The position numbers were made by a program, and so were the translations under genes. Below are positions 7,994-17,414 of a DNA stretch of 44,212 nt, in pieces; position 1 is the stretch's first letter, and every line of letters starts with the position of its first letter. The notes under the pieces were generated by a model. It made no database searches and was not told the origin of the DNA. It saw only the letters and a program-made list of their open reading frames with translations. Source of the DNA: Escherichia phage Henu5_1. The stretch is taken from the sequence record PQ133007. The stretch is one strand, 5' to 3'.

Positions 7994-8545
7994 ATGGCAG
8001 AAATCAAAGTTAAGGGCCGACGCGCCAAACTGGACGGACGAGTAGCAGTAACCCCGCGCCGTAAACCAGGCGAGCAAACCGAGCACACCAATCTTGGACC
8101 TGAAATCGAGTACGGAAAGCGCCGTAAAGGCGGCAAATGCGGACGCCCTACTGACTACCGATCCGTTTACTGCGACCAGCTTCGCCGCTATTTTGCCGAC
8201 GCCGACGCCTGGCGGGTCAACTACTCCGATAAAGGCGCTGCGCAAGTAATCCCTCGCAACAAAATGCCAACCTTCGGTCGATTTGCCGCTGAAATCGGCG
8301 TAGGCGTCGCCTGCCTGTATCGATGGGCGCGTGCGCATGAGGAGTTTGCCGAGGCGATGGCGGACGCAATGGAACTGCAGAAAACCTTCCTGATGGAAGC
8401 TGGCGGCGTGACCATCGCGGCGGGCTTCGCTACATTCCTGCTTAAAGCAAACCACGGCGTCCGCGACGATGTACCGCTGGATGACGACGAAGATGATAAC
8501 GGTGACGTAGTTGTCGAACCTTCCGGCAAAGGCCAGGGTGAATAA
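7994..8545 (+). CDS. Terminase small subunit (putative)
   Basis: Immediately upstream of and overlapping terminase large subunit; HTH-like segment; acidic C-terminus; ATG 7994 chosen over track start 7895 on RBS grounds. Confidence 0.5.
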   Translation: MAEIKVKGRRAKLDGRVAVTPRRKPGEQTEHTNLGPEIEYGKRRKGGKCGRPTDYRSVYCDQLRRYFADADAWRVNYSDKGAAQVIPRNKMPTFGRFAAEIGVGVACLYRWARAHEEFAEAMADAMELQKTFLMEAGGVTIAAGFATFLLKANHGVRDDVPLDDDEDDNGDVVVEPSGKGQGE

Positions 8546-9930
8546 TGCGTAACTATGCGGCAGAACACCGCGCACTGGAACGCGCGATCGCAAAGCGCAA
8601 CCGACCGCCACGCCCAACACGCGTTGCGCAGGCTGTCCGCCTTTACCAACCTGATTGCCTTCCGCACCAGGTCGAACTACTGCGTGACACGAAGACTAAA
8701 ATCCTCGGCCTGTGTTCCGGCTTCGGTGGCGGAAAGTCGTGGGTCGCAGCCCGTAAGGTAATCCAGCTTCTGACACTTAACCCTGGTTATGACGGCATCG
8801 TTACAGAACCGACTATTCCCCTCCTGGTTAAAATCATGTACCCGGAATTGGAAAAGGCGTTTGATGAGGCTGGATTCCGGTGGAAGTTCAATAAGCAGGA
8901 CAAGATCTATAACGTGCTGGTGAAAGGGAAATGGACCCGCGTTATCTGTGAATCAATGGAGAACTATACCCGCCTGATCGGGGTCAACGCCGCGTGGATT
9001 GTTGCCGATGAATTCGACACTACGAAGCAAGACGTCGCGCTGGCGGCATATCACAAATTGCTCGGTCGTCTGCGTGCGGGCTTCGTCCGCCAGTTCGTCA
9101 TCGTGTCAACGCCTGAAGGCTATCGGGCGATGTACCAAATTTTCGAGGTGGAGAAAGACCGCCAGAAACGCTTGATCCGGGCGAAGACCACGGACAACCA
9201 CCATTTACCGGCAGACTTTATCGACACGCTGCGTAGTCAGTACCCAGCTAACCTGATCGACGCGTACCTGAACGGCCTGTTTGTTAACCTTACGTCGGGC
9301 GCGGTATACAAGATGTTCAACCGTGAGGAGAACGCAAGCACCGAAGAAGTGCAGCCGGAAGACACGCTGATTATCGGTATGGACTTTAACGTCACGAAGA
9401 TGGCGGCGGTTGTGTACGTTAGACGGCAGCGCATCACCGAGAACAAGGAGTTCCGCGACGAGATCCACGCAGTGGATGAATTTGTGGACCTGTTTGATAC
9501 CCCGGCTATGATTGAGGCGATCGAGGAGCGCTACCCCGATCATTGTGCTGCCGGTCGTGTTGTCGTTTACCCGGATAGCAGCGGCAAATCCCGCAAGACG
9601 GTCAACGCGTCGTCGTCCGATATCGCACAACTGGAAGACGCGGGCTTCGAGGTGGAGTATGACAGCGTTAACCCACCTGTGAAAGACCGATTGATTGCGA
9701 TGAATACGATGATGTGCAACTCGAAGGGGGTGCGCCAGTATTTTGTCAACCTGGATAAATGCCCTACACTAGCGAAATGTCTGGAACAGCAGGTGTATGA
9801 CCTGAAGAAAGGCGAACCGGATAAGACCGCCGGTGTGGACCACATGAACGACGCCGCGGGCTATCCTGTTGCGCACCTGTTCCCTGTGATTCGACCGATC
9901 GCCGTTGTTCCAACCGTAGACTTCTACTAA
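8545..9930 (+). CDS. Terminase large subunit
   Basis: Walker A GFGGGKS, Walker B IVADEFD, C-terminal nuclease-like region; 461 aa. Confidence 0.85.
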   Translation: MRNYAAEHRALERAIAKRNRPPRPTRVAQAVRLYQPDCLPHQVELLRDTKTKILGLCSGFGGGKSWVAARKVIQLLTLNPGYDGIVTEPTIPLLVKIMYPELEKAFDEAGFRWKFNKQDKIYNVLVKGKWTRVICESMENYTRLIGVNAAWIVADEFDTTKQDVALAAYHKLLGRLRAGFVRQFVIVSTPEGYRAMYQIFEVEKDRQKRLIRAKTTDNHHLPADFIDTLRSQYPANLIDAYLNGLFVNLTSGAVYKMFNREENASTEEVQPEDTLIIGMDFNVTKMAAVVYVRRQRITENKEFRDEIHAVDEFVDLFDTPAMIEAIEERYPDHCAAGRVVVYPDSSGKSRKTVNASSSDIAQLEDAGFEVEYDSVNPPVKDRLIAMNTMMCNSKGVRQYFVNLDKCPTLAKCLEQQVYDLKKGEPDKTAGVDHMNDAAGYPVAHLFPVIRPIAVVPTVDFY

Positions 9931-9941
9931 GGAAACCGACC

Positions 9942-11462
9942 ATGACCGTTAACGTTGACAACCAGCACCCGCTTTATGCGCGCATCGCGCCAGAGTGGAA
10001 AATGATCCGTGATTGTGTAGCAGGGGAGCGCGCCGTGAAGGCGTGCGGCCCATTATACCTGCCACACCCCGCAAGCGGCGACACCACCGACCCTAAATCG
10101 CGTGCGCGTTATAAGGCGTATAAGCAGCGCGCCGTCTTCCTGAACGCCACCGCCCGAACCCTTAACGCACTGTTAGGCGTGGCCTTCGCCAAGCCGGTGA
10201 GTATGGACCTTTCCGGGGCAATGGCTGACCTGATTGATGACGTAGACGGCAGCGGGATGCCGCTGGCGCAACTCCTGCGCGGCGCTATGTCGGAAGTGCT
10301 GCAATCGGGCCGCGCTGGCTTTATGGTGGACTACGACCGCCAGGCTAACTTTGATGAACTGGGTAACGTAGTGCCGCAGACAGCAGCTGAAATGGCGACA
10401 CATCGCCCGCTTATCCGCCTGTATACGGCTGAACAGATCATCAACTGGCGGCAGACCCACGGCGTCGATACGCTAATTGTGCTGAAGGAAACGGACGAAA
10501 TCAGCACTGAAGACCCGGACGACTTCGCAAACCACGAAGTTACGATCTGGACCGAGCTTCGCATGATTAACGGTGCGGCACACGCCCGCCGCTGGTTTTA
10601 CAACGCGGACACGTCCGAAGTGCAAATGGACTTGCCGCGGGGCTTCACCCGCACCGACCTTGTACCCTTGGTGGATGCTTCAGGTAATGCGCTAACTCAA
10701 CTGCCATTTTGCTGGTGTGGCGCGGTGGACAACAACGCGACACCGGACGCCGCACCGCTGGCGGATATTGCATCCATCAACATTAAGCACTACAACGCCG
10801 AAGCAGACGTCGCCGAGATTGCGCACATTGTGGGCCAACCTACACTCATTGCGACCGGTCTTACCCAATCATGGGCTGATAAAAACCTGAAGGGGGGCAT
10901 CGCACTAGGCGCGACTAAGGGCGTTATCCTTGGTCAGAACATGGACGCTAAACTGCTTCAGGCTGAGGAGAGAAACCTGTCAGTTGCGCTGTGTGAGCGG
11001 CGCGAGTTGCAAATGGCTAAACTGGGCGCGGCCCTGGTTGAGAAGGGGACCGCACCTAAGACGGCAACTGAAGCGGCCTACGATGCGCAGACTGATAACA
11101 GTATCCTGTCACTGATTGCCGGTAACGTTGAGAAAGCTTTCAACCGTGCGCTGCAAATCGTCAAGCTGTTCACTGGCGACACCGCAGATCAACGCGTAAC
11201 GCTGAATAAGTTCTACACCGAAATCACGGTTGACGCACAGCTTATGACCGCGATGATGGCGGGTGTGCAGACCGGTACGGTCCGTCTCGCGGACTTTATC
11301 AAGTGGATGATGGCCCAGGGCGTCATTGATGACTCGCAAACCGTTGAGCAGGTGGAAGACGAATTGCGAAATCAGAATCCATTGCCTCAAATGTCCCCGG
11401 ATGCGGTAGAATCTACCGAAGAAGACCCGGACAAGGTAGCGGACAATGGCGAAGACAATTAA
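9942..11462 (+). CDS. Portal protein
   Basis: 506 aa directly after terminase large subunit; acidic C-terminus; AAGGAAA RBS. Confidence 0.7.
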   Translation: MTVNVDNQHPLYARIAPEWKMIRDCVAGERAVKACGPLYLPHPASGDTTDPKSRARYKAYKQRAVFLNATARTLNALLGVAFAKPVSMDLSGAMADLIDDVDGSGMPLAQLLRGAMSEVLQSGRAGFMVDYDRQANFDELGNVVPQTAAEMATHRPLIRLYTAEQIINWRQTHGVDTLIVLKETDEISTEDPDDFANHEVTIWTELRMINGAAHARRWFYNADTSEVQMDLPRGFTRTDLVPLVDASGNALTQLPFCWCGAVDNNATPDAAPLADIASINIKHYNAEADVAEIAHIVGQPTLIATGLTQSWADKNLKGGIALGATKGVILGQNMDAKLLQAEERNLSVALCERRELQMAKLGAALVEKGTAPKTATEAAYDAQTDNSILSLIAGNVEKAFNRALQIVKLFTGDTADQRVTLNKFYTEITVDAQLMTAMMAGVQTGTVRLADFIKWMMAQGVIDDSQTVEQVEDELRNQNPLPQMSPDAVESTEEDPDKVADNGEDN

Positions 11463-12549
11463 TCAATATATGGCGGATCGAATGATTCGCCGACACATTT
11501 TCACCCAGCGCCTGAGTAATGACCAGGCGCGAAGGGTGCTGTCCATGTGGGAGAAGTTCCGGCCTACATTACTGGGGAAGCTGACCGAGTTGCTTGATGG
11601 CAAATCGTCAATGAATAACCGGGCACTTTCCACCCTGCTAACGCAAATCGACAAGACCGTTAAAGCAGAATTGCGCACCGAGTTTAAGGCGTTGGCTGAA
11701 AGCCTTCAGGAGTTTGCCGACACCGAGGCCGATTATCTCGCCGACACATTAACGGCAGCGATCCAGCCGGCGGTCGCCGTACCTGCGGTCGAGGTGGTTG
11801 GCGTAGTGACCGGTGCGCAGATCGCAGCGACGGCTATGAAAAACCCGTTCCAGGGTAATACGATGATGCAATGGCCTGACTCACTTTCTGAGTGGACCAG
11901 GACGCAGATCGGTAATCAGGTGCGAGCGGGATTCATCCAGGGCAAGCCAACGATGGAAATTATCGCGGACGTGAGGCGCGCGCTAGGTGGTCGTAGTGCG
12001 CAAGCTATCTCGAGCGTTGTTAAGTCCGCAGTCAACCACTATGCGGCTACCGCCCGCGAACTAATGGTAAAAGCAAATGACGATATTCTCGAAGGTCGCC
12101 AATGGTTATCTACATTGGACACGCATACTTCTCCCATGTGCCAGCTACGCGATCGCCTGTTTTATCCGGTTGATGTTACTCCCGATACGAAAGGGAAGCG
12201 CGGCGGGAAAGTGGTGGCTGGATCACAATATGGCGCTGGTCCGGGCAAGTTGCATTATTGTTGCCGGTCTACGGAGACGTGGAAGGTTAAAGGCATGGAA
12301 GATTGGCCCAGTGGTAAGCGTCCGGCACTGAAGGCTGACGCGGGTCGATTGCTGAGTGAGCAGGTCGACGCGCAGACTGATTTCTTCTCATGGGTGCAGC
12401 GCCAGCCGCGCCATATCCTGGAAGAATTATACGGAGTGCAACGCGCCGACCAGATTATGCGCGGCGTGAAAGTGCCAAAGATGTTTACCGATTCTGGCGA
12501 ACTGATGACTATTGCGCAGCTTAAAAACCGGGGGTTATGGCGTGATTAA
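11446..12549 (+). CDS. Head morphogenesis / minor capsid protein (Mu gpF / SPP1 gp7-like)
   Basis: 367 aa, position after portal; assignment by gene order and general resemblance. Confidence 0.45.
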   Translation: MAKTINQYMADRMIRRHIFTQRLSNDQARRVLSMWEKFRPTLLGKLTELLDGKSSMNNRALSTLLTQIDKTVKAELRTEFKALAESLQEFADTEADYLADTLTAAIQPAVAVPAVEVVGVVTGAQIAATAMKNPFQGNTMMQWPDSLSEWTRTQIGNQVRAGFIQGKPTMEIIADVRRALGGRSAQAISSVVKSAVNHYAATARELMVKANDDILEGRQWLSTLDTHTSPMCQLRDRLFYPVDVTPDTKGKRGGKVVAGSQYGAGPGKLHYCCRSTETWKVKGMEDWPSGKRPALKADAGRLLSEQVDAQTDFFSWVQRQPRHILEELYGVQRADQIMRGVKVPKMFTDSGELMTIAQLKNRGLWRD

Positions 12550-12871
12550 ATATGCAGCGATTGGACTGGGTGTCGGTCTGGCGGTAGGATTCTGGCTAGG
12601 TGACTCATATCGCGCTGGCGTAGTGGCGGAGGCGGCGCAAAAAGCGCAAGCCCAAGCCCAACGGCAGCAAACTAAAGTTGTTGAGCGCTCCGTGCAGGCC
12701 GAACAGGCCCGCGACGTGGAATACCGGACTATCACGAAAGAGGTTGTAAAATATGTTACGCGCCCTAACCGCCCTGATTGTAGTTTTGATGCTGAGCGCG
12801 TGCGGATCAAGCAACGTGCCGTTGATGCCGCTAACGGAGTCGGCACTGCGACCGCCGTGCAAGTTCGATAA
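12542..12871 (+). CDS. i-spanin candidate (Rz-like)
   Basis: GTG 12542 with GGGGG RBS; N-terminal TM IKYAAIGLGVGLAVGFWLG followed by Q/A-rich coiled-coil-like segment. Confidence 0.45.
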   Translation: MIKYAAIGLGVGLAVGFWLGDSYRAGVVAEAAQKAQAQAQRQQTKVVERSVQAEQARDVEYRTITKEVVKYVTRPNRPDCSFDAERVRIKQRAVDAANGVGTATAVQVR

Positions 12872-12983
12872 CCCGTCTGCGGACCCCGACGAGGATTTGA
12901 TGATTGACGTGAAAAATATGGAATGCGGGGCGAAGCTAAGGGCGCAGGTGCTGGAGTTGCAGCAAATAATTAAGGGGCCGTAA
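12753..12983 (+). CDS. o-spanin candidate (Rz1-like lipoprotein), overlapping i-spanin gene out of frame
   Basis: Signal peptide with lipobox LSAC, proline-rich mature region; starts inside 12542-12871 in another frame. Confidence 0.5.
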   Translation: MLRALTALIVVLMLSACGSSNVPLMPLTESALRPPCKFDNPSADPDEDLMIDVKNMECGAKLRAQVLELQQIIKGP

Positions 12984-12994
12984 TGGCCCCTTTT
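12972..12994. terminator. Bidirectional terminator hairpin
   Basis: AAGGGGCC-GTAAT-GGCCCCTT, with flanking T-run on the plus strand and A-run (T-run on minus); sits between convergent genes ending 12983 and 12997. Confidence 0.55.
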
Positions 12995-12996
12995 CG

Positions 12997-13761
12997 TTAT
13001 CGCGGAATGCCGCAAATCTCGTTGAGTGTTTTCACGTCCAGCGCCACTGCCGTGGATTTTGGCTTGTCCGGGTATGGGATGAATTGCTCAACTTCAGGCC
13101 ATGCCTTAATCAGCTTCTTGTCAGTATTGTGCAGGTCCAATACACCGGTAACGGTGAGTTTGAACGAATCATACTTCGCGCGCAACTCGCGACGGGCCTT
13201 GTCGTTGCGGTCCAGGCGCTTACAGAAGTCATGGTCCGCCGGGTAGTCTACGCGACCGCGTGGGAGATATATCGGCAGCGCTTTCCCGTCCTCGTCCACT
13301 TCGCACACTGACGCAAGCATAACCTCTTCGAACCCCGGTACGATATCGCCGAGATCGGGGGATAGCTTATTCATGTATTTATATTCCCAGTATCCGCGAT
13401 GTACGCGGTATCGGTAGCCGTCACCGCTCAAGGACAAGGTGCGAACATTTCCGCCTGCGTTGATTTCGAAAGCGGCGTCGTAAACGCTGCCGATACTTTT
13501 CGGGCGGTCGGTGTTATAACTATATGTCGCCTTGTTGGAGTAGACGCTGACGCCGTACATCTGCGACTGGTCATCGCGGATTAACAGGATATGCTCGCGT
13601 AGCGCGGCGAATGTGCGAATGCCGTCCGGCATACAGTCTAGCGTGATTGCGTACGCCAGGTCGCGAGAGTCCATCATAATTGTTTTGGCTTCGGTAGCGA
13701 TTTCGTGGTCGCGCAGGATGTTAGCCAGGATCTGATTTTTAATGTCTTTCGTCAGTCTCAT
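12997..13761 (-). CDS. Hypothetical protein, reverse-oriented gene inside the structural module (moron candidate)
   Basis: 254 aa from ATG at 13761 (GAGGA RBS) within track ORF 12997-13806; own promoter upstream; no recognisable motif. Confidence 0.6.
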   Translation of the reverse strand: MRLTKDIKNQILANILRDHEIATEAKTIMMDSRDLAYAITLDCMPDGIRTFAALREHILLIRDDQSQMYGVSVYSNKATYSYNTDRPKSIGSVYDAAFEINAGGNVRTLSLSGDGYRYRVHRGYWEYKYMNKLSPDLGDIVPGFEEVMLASVCEVDEDGKALPIYLPRGRVDYPADHDFCKRLDRNDKARRELRAKYDSFKLTVTGVLDLHNTDKKLIKAWPEVEQFIPYPDKPKSTAVALDVKTLNEICGIPR

Positions 13762-13790
13762 TTTTATGTCCTCGTTGTTGGTGTGCAACC

Positions 13791-13819
13791 AATATATTGC
13801 AACCAACCCCGCAATGCAA
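13791..13819 (-). promoter_or_regulatory. Putative promoter (TTGCAT-17-TATATT) with GCAACCAA motifs
   Basis: Minus-strand -35/-10 read from reverse complement; two motif copies at about 13784-13808. Confidence 0.4.
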
Positions 13820-13908
13820 GCGAATTTTGCGATTATTTTTATCGCTGATAATATTAAGGCGTGAAGTCAAGCGGGTGGCCCGCTTTGCCACAATCCCAGG
13901 GGGATAGC

Positions 13909-14610
13909 ATGAAACTTACTAAAGCAGAATATGACGCGTTGCCAGAGGGCATGAAGGCTTTATTTGTTGCCGATGGCGATGGGTATAAATCAACGTTCAT
14001 GACCGCCGAAGAAGTACAGGCGGAGATCAAGGGTCTGAAAGACAACAACGCGAAGCTGGTTAGCGAGAAGAAAGCAGAAGCCGAACGTCGCGCCGAAGCC
14101 GAGCGCCTTGCGAAAGAGAAAGAGGAAGCCGCCGCGCGCAAAAATGGCGACCTCGAAGCGATCGACAAGTCCTGGAAAGATAAGTTTGCGAAACACGAAG
14201 CAGACACATCGGGGAAAATCGAAGCCTACCGCAAGCAGATCCACGACCTAACCATCGGCAGCGCTGCCAAAGATTTGGCCTCGAAGCTGTTCGGCAAGAA
14301 TGCTGGCATCATGCAGCGCCACGTTATGGACCGCCTCACTCTGGAAGACGGCGAAGACGGCAGCCTGAAAGTGCGAGTATTGAAGGACGGCAAACCATCC
14401 GCGCTGACTATGGACGAACTGGAAAAAGAGTTCCGTAGTAACGCCGATTTTGCATCTGTCCTGGCTGGCACGCCAGCCGGTGGTGCTCCGAGCAAACCGA
14501 CGCAGGTCGTAGAAGATGTGAAGTCAAAAATCACTATGGGCCACAGCTTCGGTATCACTGACTTGACGAAACAGGCCGGGGATATCATTGCTAAAATGGG
14601 CGACGAGTAA
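13909..14610 (+). CDS. Scaffolding protein (putative)
   Basis: ATG 13909 with GGGGGA RBS; highly charged coiled-coil-like sequence (KAEAERRAEAERLAKEKEEAAARK); directly upstream of major capsid gene. Confidence 0.55.
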   Translation: MKLTKAEYDALPEGMKALFVADGDGYKSTFMTAEEVQAEIKGLKDNNAKLVSEKKAEAERRAEAERLAKEKEEAAARKNGDLEAIDKSWKDKFAKHEADTSGKIEAYRKQIHDLTIGSAAKDLASKLFGKNAGIMQRHVMDRLTLEDGEDGSLKVRVLKDGKPSALTMDELEKEFRSNADFASVLAGTPAGGAPSKPTQVVEDVKSKITMGHSFGITDLTKQAGDIIAKMGDE

Positions 14611-14616
14611 GCAGGC

Positions 14617-14640
14617 CGCCCGCGAAAGCGGGCGATTTTG
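14617..14640 (+). terminator. Terminator/attenuator between scaffold and capsid genes
   Basis: CGCCCGC-GAAA-GCGGGCG followed by ATTTTG. Confidence 0.5.
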
Positions 14641-14707
14641 CGAGCGCGTAAATCTAAGGTAACATTAACGGCACTGGGCGAATGCTCACAACTCAAAGGA
14701 TTCTAAT

Positions 14708-15802
14708 ATGTCATTAACAGTGTTCCAGCGTAAACTCGTCACCGCGGTTACGCAAATGATCCCCGACAACCTGAACGTGTTCAACGCTGCCGCTAATGGC
14801 GCTGTTGTTCTCGGCACCGGTGAAGTGCTGAAGGACGTTGTCGAGAAAATGTCCGTAGGCTTGATCGCCAACCTCGTTACCGACCGTAACGCCTATGCCC
14901 CTGTCGGTACTCCGGCGACCGCAAAAGTGCTGGCGCGTATGCTGACCAACTCGGTTAACCTTTCCGCGAAAGTGGGTCCGGTAGCAATCACTAAGGCCAT
15001 GATGGCTAAGATCGAAACCAACGTTAACAGCGTTGCGGCTGAGATTGCGGCACAGGCTACTCAAGCGATTATGCTGCACTACCTTAAAGCGGGTATCGGT
15101 GCTGGCAAAGCGGCTATCGAAAGCAACACAGCGGCAAACTACACCCAACCGGCGCGCGTTGACGGCGTTGGCGGTCGTACCTTCCCGACCCTGGCAGACT
15201 TCCCGCTGGCGGCTTCTAAGTTCGGCGATCAGGCGTCTTTGATTAAATCCTGGTTTATGGACGGCGTTACCTGGGCAAACTTCATCGCTTACCAGGCGCT
15301 GCCATCTGCCGAGCAGGTATTCGCGATCGGCGATCTGCAGGTAATGGGCGATGGCCTGGGCCGCCGTTTCATTATCTCGGATGCCGCTGCCGATGCCATG
15401 GGCGCGGGTAAAATGCTGGGCCTGGTCCCTGGCGCGGTTGCAGTTACCACCAACGGCCTTGATATGCTGGCGCAGGAAAAAGGCGGTAACGAGAACATTG
15501 AGCGCTGGTGGCAGGGCGAGTTCGACTTCAACGTAGCGGTTAAAGGCTATCGTCTGAAGGCGTCCGCTCGTACTCCGGTCGAAGGCATTCGCTCGTTCAA
15601 ACTGGACGACATTACCACCAAGGATAACTGGGAACTAGACCAGGGCCAGGTAGACAACGCTCCGGCAACCGTGCAGGATGTTGGCGGCGATAGCGATACT
15701 AAAGGCCGTCGTAAGACCCAGGCCGCGCAGGCAGTGCCGACCCGTCACATCAAGGAAACCGCGGGCGTACTGGTTACGCTGACTGCTACCACCGCGTCGT
15801 AA
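14708..15802 (+). CDS. Major capsid protein
   Basis: 364 aa after scaffold gene, followed by strong terminator; AAAGGA RBS. Confidence 0.7.
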   Translation: MSLTVFQRKLVTAVTQMIPDNLNVFNAAANGAVVLGTGEVLKDVVEKMSVGLIANLVTDRNAYAPVGTPATAKVLARMLTNSVNLSAKVGPVAITKAMMAKIETNVNSVAAEIAAQATQAIMLHYLKAGIGAGKAAIESNTAANYTQPARVDGVGGRTFPTLADFPLAASKFGDQASLIKSWFMDGVTWANFIAYQALPSAEQVFAIGDLQVMGDGLGRRFIISDAAADAMGAGKMLGLVPGAVAVTTNGLDMLAQEKGGNENIERWWQGEFDFNVAVKGYRLKASARTPVEGIRSFKLDDITTKDNWELDQGQVDNAPATVQDVGGDSDTKGRRKTQAAQAVPTRHIKETAGVLVTLTATTAS

Positions 15803-15821
15803 CAGGCGCACATCCCAAAGG

Positions 15822-15845
15822 GGCGGGCTTATGCCCGCCTTTTTT
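15822..15845 (+). terminator. Rho-independent terminator after capsid gene
   Basis: GGCGGGC-TTAT-GCCCGCC followed by TTTTTT. Confidence 0.7.
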
Positions 15846-15860
15846 ATAGGAGTGAATACA

Positions 15861-16361
15861 ATGTATGGCGACCCGCAAACCTTTATTGATTATGCCGCTG
15901 CGCGAGGCGTTGAAGTCACACTGAGCGATGCGACGCGACACCTTGTCGTCGTTAATGACTTCCTTAATGGAATCAACTGGATCGGCGAACCCGCAGACCA
16001 GACAGGCATCGACGCATGGCCTCGCATCAATTACCCATCGGATGGTAAGCCGGTGCGCGACACGCTCACTGAAGTTGTGGCAGTAGTGCCTGCAGGGCAA
16101 ATCGTAGACTTCGCATCAATCCCCGTTGCCGTTGAGCAAGCCGTTTACAGGTTGGCGCTGTTGGTGGCTGACGAGGTCGATATTTCTCCTGTGGGCAGTG
16201 GTAAGGAGACTATCCGCGAAACTGTTGGCCCGATCACGATGGAATATGACCCTGCGACGATTGGTAGCGGTGTCTCGTTCCCGTGGTGGGATGGCTTGCT
16301 AGGCCACTGGATTGACTCAGCCGGCAACGCAGCGGGCAATTTTGACGTATTCCGGGGGTGA
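15861..16361 (+). CDS. Hypothetical structural protein (head-tail connector region)
   Basis: ATG 15861 with AGGAG RBS inside track ORF 15831-16361. Confidence 0.55.
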   Translation: MYGDPQTFIDYAAARGVEVTLSDATRHLVVVNDFLNGINWIGEPADQTGIDAWPRINYPSDGKPVRDTLTEVVAVVPAGQIVDFASIPVAVEQAVYRLALLVADEVDISPVGSGKETIRETVGPITMEYDPATIGSGVSFPWWDGLLGHWIDSAGNAAGNFDVFRG

Positions 16362-16465
16362 TATGAATCCTGCATTACTGGCGGCTATTATCGCCGCAAA
16401 TACTAAACGACAACCCGAACCGGAACCAGAGCCAGAACCGGAACCACCGGTGCAGGAGGGTGAAA

Positions 16466-16819
16466 ATGGCGGGCTTTAATTACGCGGGCTTAAAGCGGAA
16501 AGTTAATCCGCTGATTAAAAAGTACGGCATGACGGCTGCGGTGACGCGTCCCGGTACAGTCGACCGCGTAGACGGCGACGAAGTGGTCATCCCTCCGACC
16601 TCGTTTGATGTCATCGGACTTCGCGAGGAGTACGAGCCAAGCGAGATCGACGGGACGCGTATCGTTGCCGGGGATGTGAAGTTTTTGTGTCAGGCAGTAA
16701 AGCCGGTGCAGGTCGGGGATTTGGTTAGACTGAACAATACAGACTACAGGGTCATCAATCCCAACCCCCTGCAACCGGCGGGCACAACCATGCTGTTTCA
16801 ACTACAGCTAAGGGGCTAA
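16466..16819 (+). CDS. Hypothetical structural protein (head completion/neck)
   Basis: ATG 16466 with GGAGGG RBS; track ORF begins at GTG 16460. Confidence 0.55.
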   Translation: MAGFNYAGLKRKVNPLIKKYGMTAAVTRPGTVDRVDGDEVVIPPTSFDVIGLREEYEPSEIDGTRIVAGDVKFLCQAVKPVQVGDLVRLNNTDYRVINPNPLQPAGTTMLFQLQLRG

Positions 16820-16820
16820 T

Positions 16821-17414
16821 GTGGCTGAAGTCTACTCATTCGCCGCCACTATTGCTACGTGGGTGGATAAGACGAAGGAGAACAACGACAAGGCGGTGCG
16901 GGCGTACGGTATGCAAATACTCGGACGCCTGATCGAGATCTCCCCGGTGGGCGACCCTCGCCGGTGGAAAATTAACAGGGCTTACGCGCTTGCCCGCCAG
17001 CACGCGAACAAGGTGAACGCCGCACAGCGTCGCAAGAATGGTGGCAAACTGAAGCGTGGACAGAAGAAGCACGCCAGTGTGCTGGTATCATTCAAAACTA
17101 AAAACGGCAACGTCACGTTCCGCCAGCGTGGCTGGGCTGCGAAGAATTACACCGGCGGACGCTTCCGGGGAAACTGGCAGGTTACGTTCGACCGCCCGGC
17201 TGTTGGCGCTATTGACCGCGTGGACAAGGCCGGAACGGCAACATTAGCCGCGGGGCGTGAAGTGCTGGCGCATTACGATTCGAGTGAATACGGGTCGATC
17301 TGGTTTACTAACAACGTGCCATACGCGCAGCGCCTGGAGTATGGCTGGAGTAAACAAGCGCCCGCGGGGATTGTTCGCGTCGTAGCGGCAGAAATTAATT
17401 CGAAGGTGAAATAA
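16821..17414 (+). CDS. Hypothetical structural protein (head-tail joining)
   Basis: 197 aa, GTG start with AAGGGG RBS, tightly packed in structural operon. Confidence 0.5.
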   Translation: MAEVYSFAATIATWVDKTKENNDKAVRAYGMQILGRLIEISPVGDPRRWKINRAYALARQHANKVNAAQRRKNGGKLKRGQKKHASVLVSFKTKNGNVTFRQRGWAAKNYTGGRFRGNWQVTFDRPAVGAIDRVDKAGTATLAAGREVLAHYDSSEYGSIWFTNNVPYAQRLEYGWSKQAPAGIVRVVAAEINSKVK

